NCBI RefSeq assembly: GCF_009914755.1
Contig: NC_060925.1
DNA: 64,000 bases
Origin: the human T2T-CHM13v2.0 reference genome, Homo sapiens
Strand: one strand, 5' to 3'
The notes beneath the pieces are model-generated. The model was given only the letters and a program-made list of their open reading frames with translations. It did no database searches and was not told the DNA's origin. Positions 42,680 through 57,029 of the stretch are shown here, piece after piece (the stretch's first letter is position 1; each line of letters begins with the position of its first letter). The translations under genes and the position numbers were made by a program.

Positions 42680-44020
42680 CTTAACATATACTTACCCATA
42701 TGATCCAGCAATCACCTTACTAAACATTTGCCCAAAGAAATGAACACATGTCCACACAAAAACCTGTACATGATGGTTCATAGCAGTTTTATTTGTAATG
42801 GCCCCAAGTTGGAAACAACCCAAATGTCATTCAATGGTTGAATGATTAGACAAATTGTGGTACATCTTGCCACTGGATACTATTCAACAACAAAAAGGAA
42901 TGAACTATTGATACATGCAACAACTTGGATAGATCTCAAGGGCATTGTGTTGAGTGAAGAAAAGGTAATTTCAAAGGTACTGCATGACTCCATTCATAAG
43001 ACATTCTCAAAATGACAAAATTACACAGATGGAGAACAGATGAGTGGTTTCCAGGGCTTGGGGATGAAGGATATGGTATGACTATAAAAGGAGAGCGTGA
43101 GGGATCTTTGTGAATGGAACAGTTCCGTGTCTTGATTATGGCGTGATTACATGAATCTTCACACGTGGTAAAATTGCATGGAACTAAACACACACGCGCA
43201 CGCGCGCGCGCGCGCACACACACATACGCAATTGAGTTCTTTAAAACCGGCAAAATCTGAATGAGATCTGTAGATTGTATTGTAACTGTAACAGGTCCAT
43301 GGCCCGATGTGTGTGGCAAGTCAATATGCTGAGACACCAGGCTGCAGCTGAGAAAGAAATTTAATCTTGGGGACACCGAATGAGGAGATAGGAGAAAACC
43401 TCAAATCCATCTCCCCAAGGAGTCCAGGGCTAGGGTTTTTAAGGGTTTTGGAGTGAGCCAAAGTGGGGATTGTTGACTGGTCACAGAATACAGAGAAGTC
43501 ATGGGACGGGGAGATAAAGAAATTGTATTTTTGGGATGAGTCTGTTCCTCGGTGGGGGTCTTCAAACTGACTGACACCAGCTGTTTCACTGGAATTTGGT
43601 ATCTGAAAAACATCTTGAGCAATTCTTAAACAAAAGCTGAGTGAATCTAACATCAGAAATTCCATCTATAGGAACGACGGGGATGCAAGTGGTCAGTATC
43701 CCGTGTTGCACGACTTTTGGTTACAATGAAGTGGATCAAAGTGCAGCCTGATTAAAGTTTAATTATAACTCTATTTCTGTCCAGAATTCTTGTTAACCCT
43801 GTGAGGACAGATTCAGTTCAAATGTCCCTTTGCTGCTTTTGATATTTTAACCAATGAAATGAATAAATTATATTTCTCAATATAATATGATATATTTTAC
43901 TGTAGTTATGTAAGATATTACTGGTGGGGAAAATTGGGTGAAGGGTACGTGGGACTGCTCTCTACTATTTTGCAACTTCCTATGAATCTATAATCGTTTC
44001 AAAATAAATGTTTTTTAAAA
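42680..44020 (+). mobile_element. L1MC-like 3' region split by an LTR insertion
   Basis: ttacccatatgatccagcaatc, ggaaacaacccaaatgtc, ttttgcaacttcctatgaatcta. Confidence 0.8.
43287..43817 (-). mobile_element. ERV1 (MER4-group) solo LTR nested in L1
   Basis: TG...CA ends; ctcaaatccatctcccc...gctagggtttttaaggg typical of MER4-group LTRs. Confidence 0.7.
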
Positions 44021-44508
44021 AAGAAACTTCAGCTTTTATATTCCCACTGTTTGTCAGCCCCCAGTCTGCCTTTGATCTTGGCATGACGTTCGGGGTGGTT
44101 TCAGAAGAGCCAGATTCTTCTGGCATTCTCAAATATTAAGAATATAGCTAAAATGCTTTACTTCTCCTAACCTACAATGAATCCATTTTCCCCAAGTCAT
44201 CATAATCTCATTTGGGAGCCCTGTATATTTCTGACTCCTGCCTCCTCTTGGGGTATTGTATTCTAAGTGGATTATCTACCCTGTGAAGTAGAACTATAAA
44301 CTTATTTTGCTTATTTGTTTATCCTAAGCCTAATCAGCTTCACCTTCAAGTTTAAGGAAGATCCTGAATTCAATTACTATAGGACTTGCCTTCTGCTGCT
44401 GCTTTGTTTTTGGGCCAAGTCTGCGTTCCTTGATCCCGTGACGTGCTCCTGGTGATGCCAGGCTTGGCCCTGCAGTTGGCAGGGAGTATATAATCCTCCC
44501 TGCCCTAG

Positions 44509-45004
<496 letters not shown>

Positions 45005-45569
45005 CTCACCCCTATCTTTTGAATCCTGATCTTGTGGGGCTCCAGGAAGGTAGACAATCAGCCAGGAGAGCGTCTCACTCTTTTTCCTATCTCCTTTCAA
45101 ACAGACTAGGCTTACCTGGACAGACCCCACAGTGATTTAGGGCAGAAAAGGTCTGCAACCAAGCATGCAACTTCATGCTGTCTCTCTTGGAGTACAAGTT
45201 CCAGAAGTTTATTTCCAGTGGGCAGTTCTGGTTTGTTAACTGGGAGAGTTTGGTGACAACAGGATGTGGGATTCTACCTGAGCTTCCCTGGCAAAAACTT
45301 GGAATCCATGCCCCACTCTCTACTTCCCATGGGCCAATTCTTCAGGAGGGGTTGAGGGGTAGGAGAAGCTCAAGAAAAAGACGTCCTTGGCCTTCTGGGA
45401 GCCACTTTGTCTTTTGATGCTCTGGCATTTTGAAGCACTGAGTTTATACTCTGAAGGATTACCCCTGCCCGGGGGCAGGAAGGCTGAGCTGCTGAGGGTG
45501 TGGACAGTTGGTATGACACTGAGGAGTATTGTGGGCACACTGGAAACATCCCTTGATGGGTTAAACACC

Positions 45570-45572
<3 letters not shown>

Positions 45573-45618
<46 letters not shown>

Positions 45619-45626
45619 CACACTCA
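45573..45626. repeat. (CA)n microsatellite
   Basis: Seen directly. Confidence 0.95.
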
Positions 45627-46284
45627 CCTGATGGGCCTGAGCATGCTTCTCTCTGCCATCTAGCCTGGCAAGCGGCTAAGGACACAAAGGATAAGGCCCA
45701 TCTGACCTTGTTTGAGCCCTGACCCTGCCACTTCCTGGCCACGTGACTTTGGGCAAGTCTTGTAAACACTCTTTACTTCCATTTCTTTATCTTTAAATAG
45801 GCGTAATGAATAGCATGCATCTACCTGATAGGGTTGTCATGAGTATTAGAAGAGAATATATATAAAGTACCTAATCTGGTCCCTGGCATTTAGTGAGGCC
45901 TCAGTAAATGCAAGTGATTTTGACAATGCTGATCATGATGATAGTGAGTATGAATGTTTTGAAATCATTCCGTATATGCGTCCCTCATGTTTCAGCTTAG
46001 ACACCACTTCCTCTAGGAAACCCTGCCAGACTCCACAGGGATAGATCAAGAGCCCTTCCTCTGGGTCCCCTACCACCCTATATTGTCTACCCTAACATTT
46101 TCACATTGCACTGTTTTGCCAACTAGACTGAGTTGAGAGCTGCATCCTTGTTTATCTATTCCCAAGGTTTAGAACAATGCCTGACAAATAGTAGGTGCTC
46201 AAGAGATATGTGTTGAATGGGTAAAGAGATGAATGAGTGAATGAAAAGATGATATGTAAATGTGGTACTCAAGAACCCCTCTCC

Positions 46285-46710
46285 TGGCTGGGCATGGTGG
46301 CTCACACCTGTAATCCCAGCACTTTGGGAGGTTAAGGCAGGCGGAGACTAGCCTGGGCAATGTGGTGAAACCCCATCTCTACACAAAATACAAAAATCAG
46401 CCAGGCATGGTGGTGCACACTTGTGGTCCCAGCTACTTGGGAGGCTGAGGTTGAGGATCGATTGAGCCCGGGAGGTGAAGGTTGTATTGAGCCAACATCA
46501 TACCACTGCACTCCAGCCTGGGCAACAGAGTGAAACGTCTCAAAATCAAAAACCAAAAAACCCTCTCCTGGCTGGTCATAGTTGCTCATGGCTGCAATCC
46601 CAGCACTTTGGGAGGCTGAGGCAGGAGGATCAATTGAGGCCAGGAGTTGAGACCAGCCTGGGCAACATAGCGAGACTCCATTTCTACAAAACAACAACAA
46701 TAAAAAAGAG
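46285..46710 (+). mobile_element. Alu (46285-46560) inserted just before an Alu left monomer (46570-46710)
   Basis: Repeated ccctctcctggc at both Alu starts. Confidence 0.9.
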
Positions 46711-47243
46711 AAAACATACCTCTTTATACTGGCACTAATCCTGCCTCTGGTCCTTGGCTCATGCCGTTTCTATCTGTGAGAATGTCTATCTGTATCTCCC
46801 CATTTTTCTATAATATTTACGTTCTTCAAGGCCCACGTGGAGTCCCTGCTTCCTCTCTGAAGCCTTCCCTGACTACTTCAACTCCCTGTGAACCTTGAGG
46901 GCCAGGATTTTACAGTGTTCTGCTACATATCCCCAGAGTGCTTGTAAACCTCAGGGACTCCATACATGTTTATAGGTTGAGAGTCAGAGCAGGCCAGCAG
47001 AGCCACAGACAGGACCGCAGTTGGGACCCACGGTGGTGCCTCTCCCCACCTCTTAGCTGGGTAACCTTAGGCAAGTTCCTTGCATTCTCTGATTCATTTT
47101 CTTCAACTGTCCTAAAAATGAAAAGTGCCTGCTTCAGAGGCGTGATGTGAGAAAGTACATGTGGAGCCTCTGACACACAGTCGTGTTTGCTATTATCATT
47201 ACCCTTCCTTCTGCCACAACCGCTCCTGTAAGCTACCTACTGA

Positions 47244-47589
<346 letters not shown>

Positions 47590-50500
47590 ACCCTGATCCT
47601 TATTCTAATCCTGTAAGCAAGGCATTGCTCGCCTTGTTTTATATAGGAAGAAACTAAGACTCAGACATGTTGGGTAACATTCTAAACGTCACACAGCTAG
47701 CAAATGGCAGTGCCAGGAGTCAAGGCCAGGTCCATGGATGTTACAATATGCATGGATAACAAATCCATGCATGTTACAATATGATTCTGGGAAGAGTACA
47801 ATGGTCCAGCTCCTTCTCTGCAGTGTTGTTCTCTGATGTTGCAAGTCATTTAGTCTTTCCCAATGTTCTTGTAATGAGATGGTTCAGATAGGTGGTTTTT
47901 GATAGCACTCTTGACCATTGTGTCATGATTTTCTACTCAACTGTGAACTCCTCAAGGGCAGAGACTAAATATCAGTCAAGGTTACTTGCCTAGCATCTAT
48001 CATTCTCCTTACACGGAGTGGACCCATATGTGGTTGTTGAATGGATATTTGACTAACAGAGGCTGTGGTGGATGGATAGAAGAGAGGTGGGGGACTTATT
48101 GCATGCAAACAAATTGACATTGAGGTGTAGGACACAAGTCTAGCAAGGACTGGTTTTTTCCAGGCACTTTAGATTTTTAGTTATTCCCTTATCCCGCAGG
48201 GCAGTTGCACTCACATCTCACCCTGGTCCAAGCTTAGGAGGTCTTAGAGAGGCAAGTTCCTGGCTGTATTAGACCAATGTTAGACCTGGTGTATATTAGA
48301 TAAGTGAGCTGCACTCTTCACCATTTCTCTGGTTAAGCATGAAGGGTTGTAACGAAGGGAGATGGGTGACACCAAGTACAGTTGCCATTGGCAGAGGGAT
48401 GCCCAGGCTGGGACAAGAGGAAAAAGAAGAGGGGATTCTGTCATCCATCTGTGTCTGGGATAAAGAAGGCAGAGAGGAGAGTTACTTAGGCTGGCAGTGC
48501 TAAGGAGAGGGATTTCTGAATGGCTCTAGGTGAGCTTGTGGTTTGGGTGGCTATAGAGAGAGAGTTGTCTTGACCTTGAGCTGTGGCAGGAGCTGGTTAT
48601 CTGTGGTGGGCAAATAGGATTCAGCAACTGAGTGGCCATGACCCACCTTGCTTTTCATGATTTGAAATAGCTGTCTCCTGTTCTGTAGCCAGGAAACTCA
48701 GTCTTCTATACTCTACTCAAAGTGTTGCCTCCTCCATGATGCATTCCTGGAGGCCCTGGGAGAGGCCACCACTCTGCTCCGTGTTCCTCCATCATGATTA
48801 ATGGGAGGCTGTGCTTGACATTTGTCGCTGCAGAGAACTTTTGGAGCTCTCAGCACCTGACCAAACACATCTATGTTCAAGGCCCACCATGGAAGTGGAA
48901 TATAGAAGAGTGACTGTTGGAAATGGCCAACTTCTCCTCAAGAGTCCATGGCCGTGTCAGCGGGAGTCCCTGGGGTCATTCCTAGCTCTTCCCTGGGTGG
49001 TTCCCTCACACTCCACACTCAGCACCCTCATGCCTGCCTGCTGCCTTCTTCAGGGGCAATGCTCTTGCCTACCTTTTCTTTCCAGAATCGCTCAGTTCAC
49101 TCCCTGTGTATTTATTGATCACTGGCTTACTGTGGACTGGCCCATGAGTGATGAGAAAGGGGAGACCAAAGTGCCCTGAGGTGTCATGGTGTAGAAGACA
49201 TGACTCATACACCATTCCCCACAAGGGAACAGCACCATGCCATCAAGTGCTGATCTGGCCATCAGGTACTGACAGTGTGGTGGGGACCATGGGGGCTGTG
49301 GGTGAGCAGGGGGAGGGCTGGGCTGTCCCCTGAATGGGATAGAGCCCCAGAGTGACCATCGCTACCTTCCTTCTGCCAGACATCATCATTGGCCCTTCTC
49401 CCCTTGGCACCAGGGAGAAGCTGGTGAGGTAGCCGCATGGACTCAAGAGCAGTTTCCAGGTATGCCTGGCTAGAAGGCAGCAAGGTTTGGACCTGTGCCC
49501 CTTTCTCTGGAGGGATCCTGGGAGCTTCCCAACTGGCTGTCCCATGCAATTGGCTTTGGTTTCCCCACTAGCTTCCTTAAATATGTCTCCCACCCTCTCA
49601 GGGCCCCAAGGGAATCACTTTGGAAGATCTGTCACCAGAGGACCTCGGCTCTCCAGCCTTGGAGACAGAGGACCTGACACAGCAGACAGGCTGGGAGGGC
49701 CAAGGTGGAGGGGAGACATTGTTCCTCTGGCTACTTTATTTCTTTGGTTTGTGGCTGTTTGACAACAGCAGTAAAAACAGCTGATAAATTAGGTGCCTGG
49801 CTGTAAACTGCAGCACCAGCCATGGTGCAGGGAGCAGAAGTGCTCCCCGCCCTCCAGCTCCCTGCACACTCTTCAGACCCATCAGGGCCTCATCCTCTCC
49901 AGCACCCCCAGGTCTCAGTCCTGAGGCTCAGACACAGACAGGGGCAGGGGTAGGAGGGCCCGTGTCTCCCTACTCCCAAGTGCTTTCTCTGATCACAGAA
50001 GGACCGGAGAGCTGCTGTTGGCTCCTCAGAGGCTCTTCAAACAGAGAGATGTTTATATCTTTTCAGGGCGATCCAAATTACAAGCAGGGAACTGGAGCCT
50101 AGGGAAAGTAAACCAAGGGATACCAGATAGAGATTTTTTTTAAAAGCTTGGTTTAAATCAACTTCCAGAAGACCTCAAATGAGGCCAGTGGGGCGGAGGA
50201 AGTGCCAGAAGAAGAAGGCCGGCAGGTCTGGCTCTCCAGAGTCCAGCGTGACCCAATGCCCAGTTCCTTTCTGCCCCGGGCTCAGTTTCCCTCTGTGTAC
50301 CGTGGCCTCTTCTCTCCCAGCTTGTTCAGGAGGCCAGTTAATCTAATGGAGAAGGAGCCCTGCAGAACTGAGGATGGAGTCCTGGTGCAGCTTTGAGGAG
50401 CTGCCAGGGCAGGCCAGATCTTCTGGCAGCCATCGACTGCATCGGTGGCCACAGGAGGAGGCTGGCCTGAGGCCTATATGGAGGCACTTGTTCTACCCCT

Positions 50501-53500
50501 TGGCAGAGACAGTCTGTCTGGTCTCCTGTCACTTCACCTTTCTGCTCCAGGCCCCGCAGGTGCCTCGGACCCTGGGTCAGAGCCCATGGGGTCTAAGGCA
50601 TCCATTCGATAGTGCTCCATGCCAGACTATGCAAGAGGCCTTGAGGCATAGGTACCAGCTAGAGCTTGCCCTTAGAGTTCAGTTCCTGAACACAGAACAC
50701 AGCTGCTTTGACTCAGCACCCCCGGTTCTGTTTCTCCACTCATCCGTCCGCCCCCTGGCACGGCTGTATAAAGCTTCTACAGCTGGGTTATTACTCTGCG
50801 TTTGTTTGTGTGTTTTCTTTGACGGTGTTAAGTCATTTTGCATGTGCATCCTGCCCACATGAGGACAGCTTGGAGAGCAGGAACTGAAACTGCTCCCTCT
50901 TATAGATCTGGGATTCTGCTCTGGGAGCAGGCCTGGTCACAAGGATGCCAATAGGCAGGGAGAGGACACCCGGAGTGCACAGGGAGAGGGCACCCAGGCC
51001 GTGTGTGTGTGTGCATGCATGCAAATAAATTGACATTGAGGGCTAGGACACAAGTCTAGTGGGGGCTGGTTTTTTCCAGGCATTTTAATTTTTTACTTAT
51101 TCCCTCATCCTGCAGGGCAGCTGCACTCACATATGACCCTAGTCGAGACTTAGGAGGTCTTAGGGGGGCAAGTTCCAGGCTGTATTAGACCAATGTTAGA
51201 CCTGTTGCATATTAGATGAATGAGCTGCAAAGCAATGTACCATTTCTCTTTGATATAGATGACATTTCTCACCTACTGGAACTATCTAGGTAGTATTTTG
51301 TCCAATCTAAGGAGCTGTGTGACTTTAGGCAAGTCACTTAACCTCTCTGAGTTCAGAACTTTTATCTTGGAAGTTAGGAAAGGGATCCCTGTGAAATTGT
51401 TATGAGGATCAAATAGATAAGAAACAGCTCTGAAAAGTCAAAGTGTTCTAGAGTGACTAAGATTCTATAACAACCATTAAGATTAGCAGAGATGGACTAT
51501 GGCAAACACTAGAAGGAAGCTAAGAACTCTATAAGGCCTTAAATAGGCTGTACTTTCTTTCACCACTTGTGCTGGCCTGCCCATTCTTCTCTAGTGCTTT
51601 TTCTCTGTGTAGTGTGTGTATGTTTCATTTTACACACACACACACACACACACGAGTTGTCCAGATCCATCTGTACCTACATAGATTCCCCCAAACAGAG
51701 ATATGTAAAATATACGCATAACTACACCTTTTCACACTGATAAAAACACCCACAAACATGCACACATAGATAAACAAAGACTCCCCCAATCACATGCAAG
51801 CCAGTGAGGGTAAGTACGTACATACAGTACACACACACATCCCCAACAGCGGATGATTGATGGCTGATCACCACCCACCCCCTGCTGCCTACGGCACCCA
51901 GGGACCCGTATTTTTCTACAGTGTGGTGTCCTGGAACATGAGTGAAGGCTCCTGGGGCTACAGCCCCATTCCTTACCACCCTCAGCCTGCACCCGGACCC
52001 AGGAGACGTTCAGGTGACTGAATGTCAATCTGCATGCATTTGAAGGAGTTTCTTGGGTCAAGAGTTCCCTTTGGGGCACTAGGCTGACATCCTGGGGCTC
52101 CCTTTGGCTATAGCTTATTCCTACTATAGCTGTCCGCAGTAGAGTGGCTCCTTGGTGGGTAACTGCTCCCCCAAGGGAGGGTCCTGAGCTTCAGGAAATG
52201 TGTTTATGGACCTCTAGGAATAGGCTCCATCTCACCGGGTGGGTTTACAACATAAGAAGTAGCTCCATATTAGCAGAATAGGAGTTAAAAGATTGTCCTC
52301 ATTTCTGAGCTTTGGTTTCAGTTCTGAAAATTCTTCTAAACAAACCTGTTCAGCTCCAGATGTTCAGACCCACCTCTGTCCTCCCAGCCCCAGCTCTGGG
52401 GCCATCAAGCACACAGGCCTGGGGCAGGTGTTCCAGCCACTCTGAGACTCCCCAGGAGCAGGGACCCAGCCCTCCTCCCACCATGGTGATCAGTACACAA
52501 TTCAGTTGTGGAGCAGGGGGGTGATGAGTCAACTTTGGCTTTGGACAAATTACAAATGGCAGAATACCTAGAGTTTCCATGAGGCTTCACCCCAAGATGA
52601 AGCAAACTTAGGAAAGTTCCTCTTTCCTCTTGGGTTTGGAATCAAAATTGGCTGCAGGGTACACAAGAGGGGGCTGGGGTGTGACTGTTGTCTCCTTCCC
52701 TGACTTCTTGCCTCCTGCTACCTGACAGAGGCGGTGTTGGCTGGGGTGTTGGCTGTGAGTGCAGGGGGTGCGTGGGTGAGTGGTAATGGCTCTCAGGATC
52801 TCTGCTCTGGTTCTACTGTGGCAGGAAGGAAAAGGCCTAACGCCAAAACATTCCTCCCTGCTGTCCCCAGTGCAGTATTTTTCCACCTACTCCTCTGGCT
52901 TCAGTATCCATTTAAATAGAGAGAAGGCAGGTGGGGATAGAGGAGAGAGACCAAGGGAACTAGAGACAGACAGACAGCGGAGAGGGGAAGAGGAAGAGGA
53001 AGGAGGACAGGGTGAGCGGGGAAAGAGGCGAGGCGAGTAGAAAAGAAAACGAGAGCGGAAAGAAGATAAGCAGAGGAAGTGGGGGCAAGAAAATGAAAAG
53101 GGAGAGAGATAAGAAGAGGAGGGTGGGGGAAGCTCAGCTTTGCGGGTGCTTGGCAGAGACTCCTCCTCCAGCTAACTGAGGAATCTGCCTTCCTAAAATC
53201 CATCTGGAGCCCAGCACACCCCAACCTGGGGAGAAGGAAGCAAGGCTGTGCCTCGCCTGGTGGCATGGTCCTGGTGGCGAGCTCCTGGGCTTCATGGGGA
53301 TGTGTGAGCAGGGCTGTGCCACCCTCTGTGCCCACCTGATGGGAGATCTCTCCCCCGACCCCAGGGCCCCAACCATGCCTCATGCACAAACCACGTGTCT
53401 ACCATTATATTCCTTTCTGTAGCAAAAGACTTGGCATGGGAAGCGTTCCTCCGTCTGCTCCAAGGGAGAGGCGACCTCTGAAAGGAATCCCCTACTCCTG

Positions 53501-53650
53501 CCCCTGGCAGTGCCCAGCCAGGAAAGGTGCAGGGTCTCTGGGGGTGAGCCCCCCACCTGGGGCTCTCTTTGTTCCTTTCTGTCCTGGGGCTTTGGCTTAG
53601 GAAAAGACTCACACACAGTGGAGTTTATGGGCACAGTTGGATGTGTCTGT

Positions 53651-53664
53651 GTTGCCATGACAAC
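53651..53664. promoter_or_regulatory. RFX X-box
   Basis: Near-palindromic GTTGCCATGACAAC. Confidence 0.55.
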
Positions 53665-53737
53665 AGTGAGGGCTGCCCCTGTTTTCTTCTCCATTCCATA
53701 CTCTGCTCCTTTCACAGGCTAAAACCTCTGTCTCTCT

Positions 53738-53826
53738 CCCCCATTCAAGCACTAACCAGGCCCAGGCCTGCTTAGCTTCCCAGATCAAAGGAAGTCAGGT
53801 GTGTTCCGGGGGGTATGGCTCTAGTG
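53738..53826 (-). pseudogene. 5S rRNA pseudogene, 3'-truncated (probably RNA5SP75)
   Basis: Reverse complement CACTAGAGCCATACCCCCCGGAAC...GATCTGGGAAGCTAAGCAGGCCTGGGCCTGGTTAGTGCTTGAATGGGGG aligns ungapped to 5S rRNA nt 1-89, about 20 mismatches by hand. Confidence 0.92.
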
Positions 53827-54646
53827 TCTCTCTCTCTCTCTCCCTCTCCCCCGTTCAATTCTCAATTCCTTCCTGTCCCCGCTGCACTATTGCTAATTTC
53901 CATAGGACTTAACCCCCCCTCCCCCATCCCTGTTTCTCCCTCTGGAAGGAGTAAAGCTATGCAGGTTTTTCTTCTAAGACTGCAGGTTCCCAAGAGCTGG
54001 TCCCCACCACTGTGGGTGGGCAAGCATCCTATGCTGTAACTGGGAGCAGAGGGGTAAGGGCCTTGGGCTAGGTGTGTGGGACGGGTGGGGCCTGGGGTTT
54101 CCAGCATCCTCTGAGAAATTGCACTCTTCTTCCTCAGGGTATTCCTTCAGCAAACCCCATCCTTGTCCCCAGGCATCTGCAAGGGCAAGCCTCTTCTACC
54201 TCAAAACTTGTTGCACTCTTTCTTGCAATTCCTGGTCAAGATTCTTCTCGCACTGTGAGCTTTGCCTGTTTAACTCCACCTGACCTCAAACACCAGGACT
54301 CCTCTCAGCTTTTAAGTGCACTCTGGAATATCGATCTGCGCTTGCTTCTGTGGTACGTGCCCCCGTCTACATTCTGCGCTGCGTTTATGTGTCCAGCCTC
54401 CTCAGCAGCCCAGGGCAGTAGTTTTGTCAGTCAAGCACAACTTGCTGTGCTCCCCTCCAAATCCCCTCCCCAGTACCAGACCTCTGTCCCATGGCAAACC
54501 CATTCTGTGCAGATTGGCAGGGCCAGCCAGCCTGGCCTCCTTTCTTCCACTCAGCCCCACCTGCTCACAGGGATGGGTACCCGGCCCACGCAAAGCCAGA
54601 CAGTGCCTTCTCTGAGATTTGATGCTAGGATATAAGCTCTTTCTCT

Positions 54647-54990
<344 letters not shown>

Positions 54991-56369
54991 TCAGGGGCCA
55001 CATTTCTCACTGCATGAAAAGAAACTAATACCTGGCAGGAAACAGTGTCATGACTAATACTTCATGTTTACGCATCACTCTGGGAATTTGCTGAGGGCAA
55101 GGGCTGTGTCAACCTCTCTCAGACTGGAACTCTCTAGGGGCGGGAATGGGGTTTACCTCATTAGATTGGGAGCTCCCCTAGGCAGGAGTGACTCTAAAGC
55201 AGATTAGGTGCTAAAGTCCTGGTAGTGTAATTGGTAAAATATCATGCATTTAAAGCTCCTCACTGAAGGCTTAATTCCTTATTCAGATATCTTTATAAAA
55301 ATCCCACCTGATCATAAGCTCTACCTGGGTAGTATCTATCTCATTTGCCATTCCAGGTACTGAGTCTAAAAAGAAAGACAAGGCCATCTTTGCCTTGGGG
55401 AATTTGCAATCCTGGAGCAGAAGGTATATGTGCTATGATGGAAATACATAGAGGGTCCAGTGGGAGCATGTGGAGAAATGGAAACACTATCTCAGGACAG
55501 GTCTGGAAAATCTTCCGAGAAAAGATCCCAAGCCAAGTCCTGAAAGAGGCACAGGTGTTCGTCATCTGGGCAGAGTGGAGAGTGGCATTCCAGACCAAGG
55601 GAACCGCCTCAGCAGAGGTGTGAGGTGCTTGGGAAGGGGAGGTAGGTGCCAGATGTTGGGGGAGGGTGAGGCTGAATCACCTCCAGGTGTTTAGGGGCAT
55701 CTTCCCATTCACTCCTCTCCCAGACCCTCCCTTGAAGCAGTCTTTAGTGGAACCATCTTCTGCTGTTTGGAATCCACAGTCCTTCAGGGCAGACTAAAGA
55801 TCCTGGGCCATGCAATATGCTTCAAATGACCTCCTTCCTTAGCCTTCATCTTCGGGCTACCATGAGTCAGAATTCTCCGCTGCAAGTCCCACTAACCAAC
55901 TCTCTCTGTTAGAAGCACAAATAAAATATGAAATTTACAGAAATATAAATGGAGCGATGTATTTCATCAGCTGAGGATACAAAGAAGGTCACAGATCTTT
56001 GAATACTTAAATCAGTCCTTTAAGCAAGCACATTTCCAACTAAGCAGAAAGTCTAGTATCTCTTAGTACCCTCTCTTCCTCCCCAGCGCTTGCCCCTGAC
56101 AATGGATGGAAAAGCCCTAGGGCTTGTGTAGTGTGATGGGCCAGTAAAAAGATCACTGCAGAGCCGGCCCAGTCCCTGCTTCTATCACTGCCTCCTGAAT
56201 GATGGCTCTGCATTGGTCTCACACAATCCAGAGGGGCTTCCCCATGGCGGCCTTTATGCCTTTGCCAATCAGACGCCTGCGCAGACCTGCTCATGGCTAT
56301 GCCACTTCTGGGGTTTCTGATACAGTGCAAATGAGCTTTTACTCACCTGTTTTGCTACTGTCCCCACAG

Positions 56370-56472
56370 GTCACCAGCTAAGTAGCTGGGTCTGGGAGAG
56401 TTTCTAGCCACTGCCACACTAGCCACACTCTGTGCCACACTCTGTGCCAGAACCGGCCACTTTGCCATCAAG
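56370..56472 (+). ncRNA. Candidate 103-nt internal exon of an unidentified plus-strand transcript
   Basis: Branch point TACTCAC (56340-56346), pyrimidine tract, acceptor ccccacag|G, donor AAG|GTAATG. Confidence 0.35.
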
Positions 56473-56514
56473 GTAATGCAGGCTCCAGTGTGAAGGCAGC
56501 TGATTGGGCTATAC

Positions 56515-56700
56515 TGGCGCTTCCTAAATTTCACTGTGTGTGAGAATCACCCAGAGAGCTTCTTCAAGCACAGATCTGGGGCCCACACTCTCAGACATTC
56601 TGATTCGGTAGGTCTTGGATGGGGCCTAATAATCTGCATTTCTAACAACTCCCACAGGATGTTGATGCTGCTGGTCCAGGGGCCACACTTTGCTTAGCCC
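56515..56700. mobile_element. MER5A-like
   Basis: atctgcatttctaaca...gatgctgctggtccagg..ccacactttg. Confidence 0.8.
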
Positions 56701-57029
56701 TGTCTGCAGTTGCCCTCAGGATGAATTCTCCCCTGGGGCCCCTTTTGTCTATTCTCACCGGTGATGTCTGAGGTCATTACCATCTCAGTCCATCAGGACC
56801 TGCTGAATTAGAGCAAATAAGAGATCAGCGTCCTGATCCTTTTCCTTTCAAGGGGCTCCCTGGGCGCCCTATGCAAATGTGTCTACATCTTCCCGGCTAC
56901 CTTTGACTCCTCTATTCCAATAGTTCTCACAGTAGGGTCCCCAGACCAGCAGTATTAGCATCACAAGGGAACTTGTTATTTAATAGAAATCCCAATTCTC
57001 AGGCTCCAGCACCGACCTCCTGTCCTGTG

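Noticed and set aside
54072-54635. 187-aa ORF
   Set aside because: Non-ATG start and no homology recognised.
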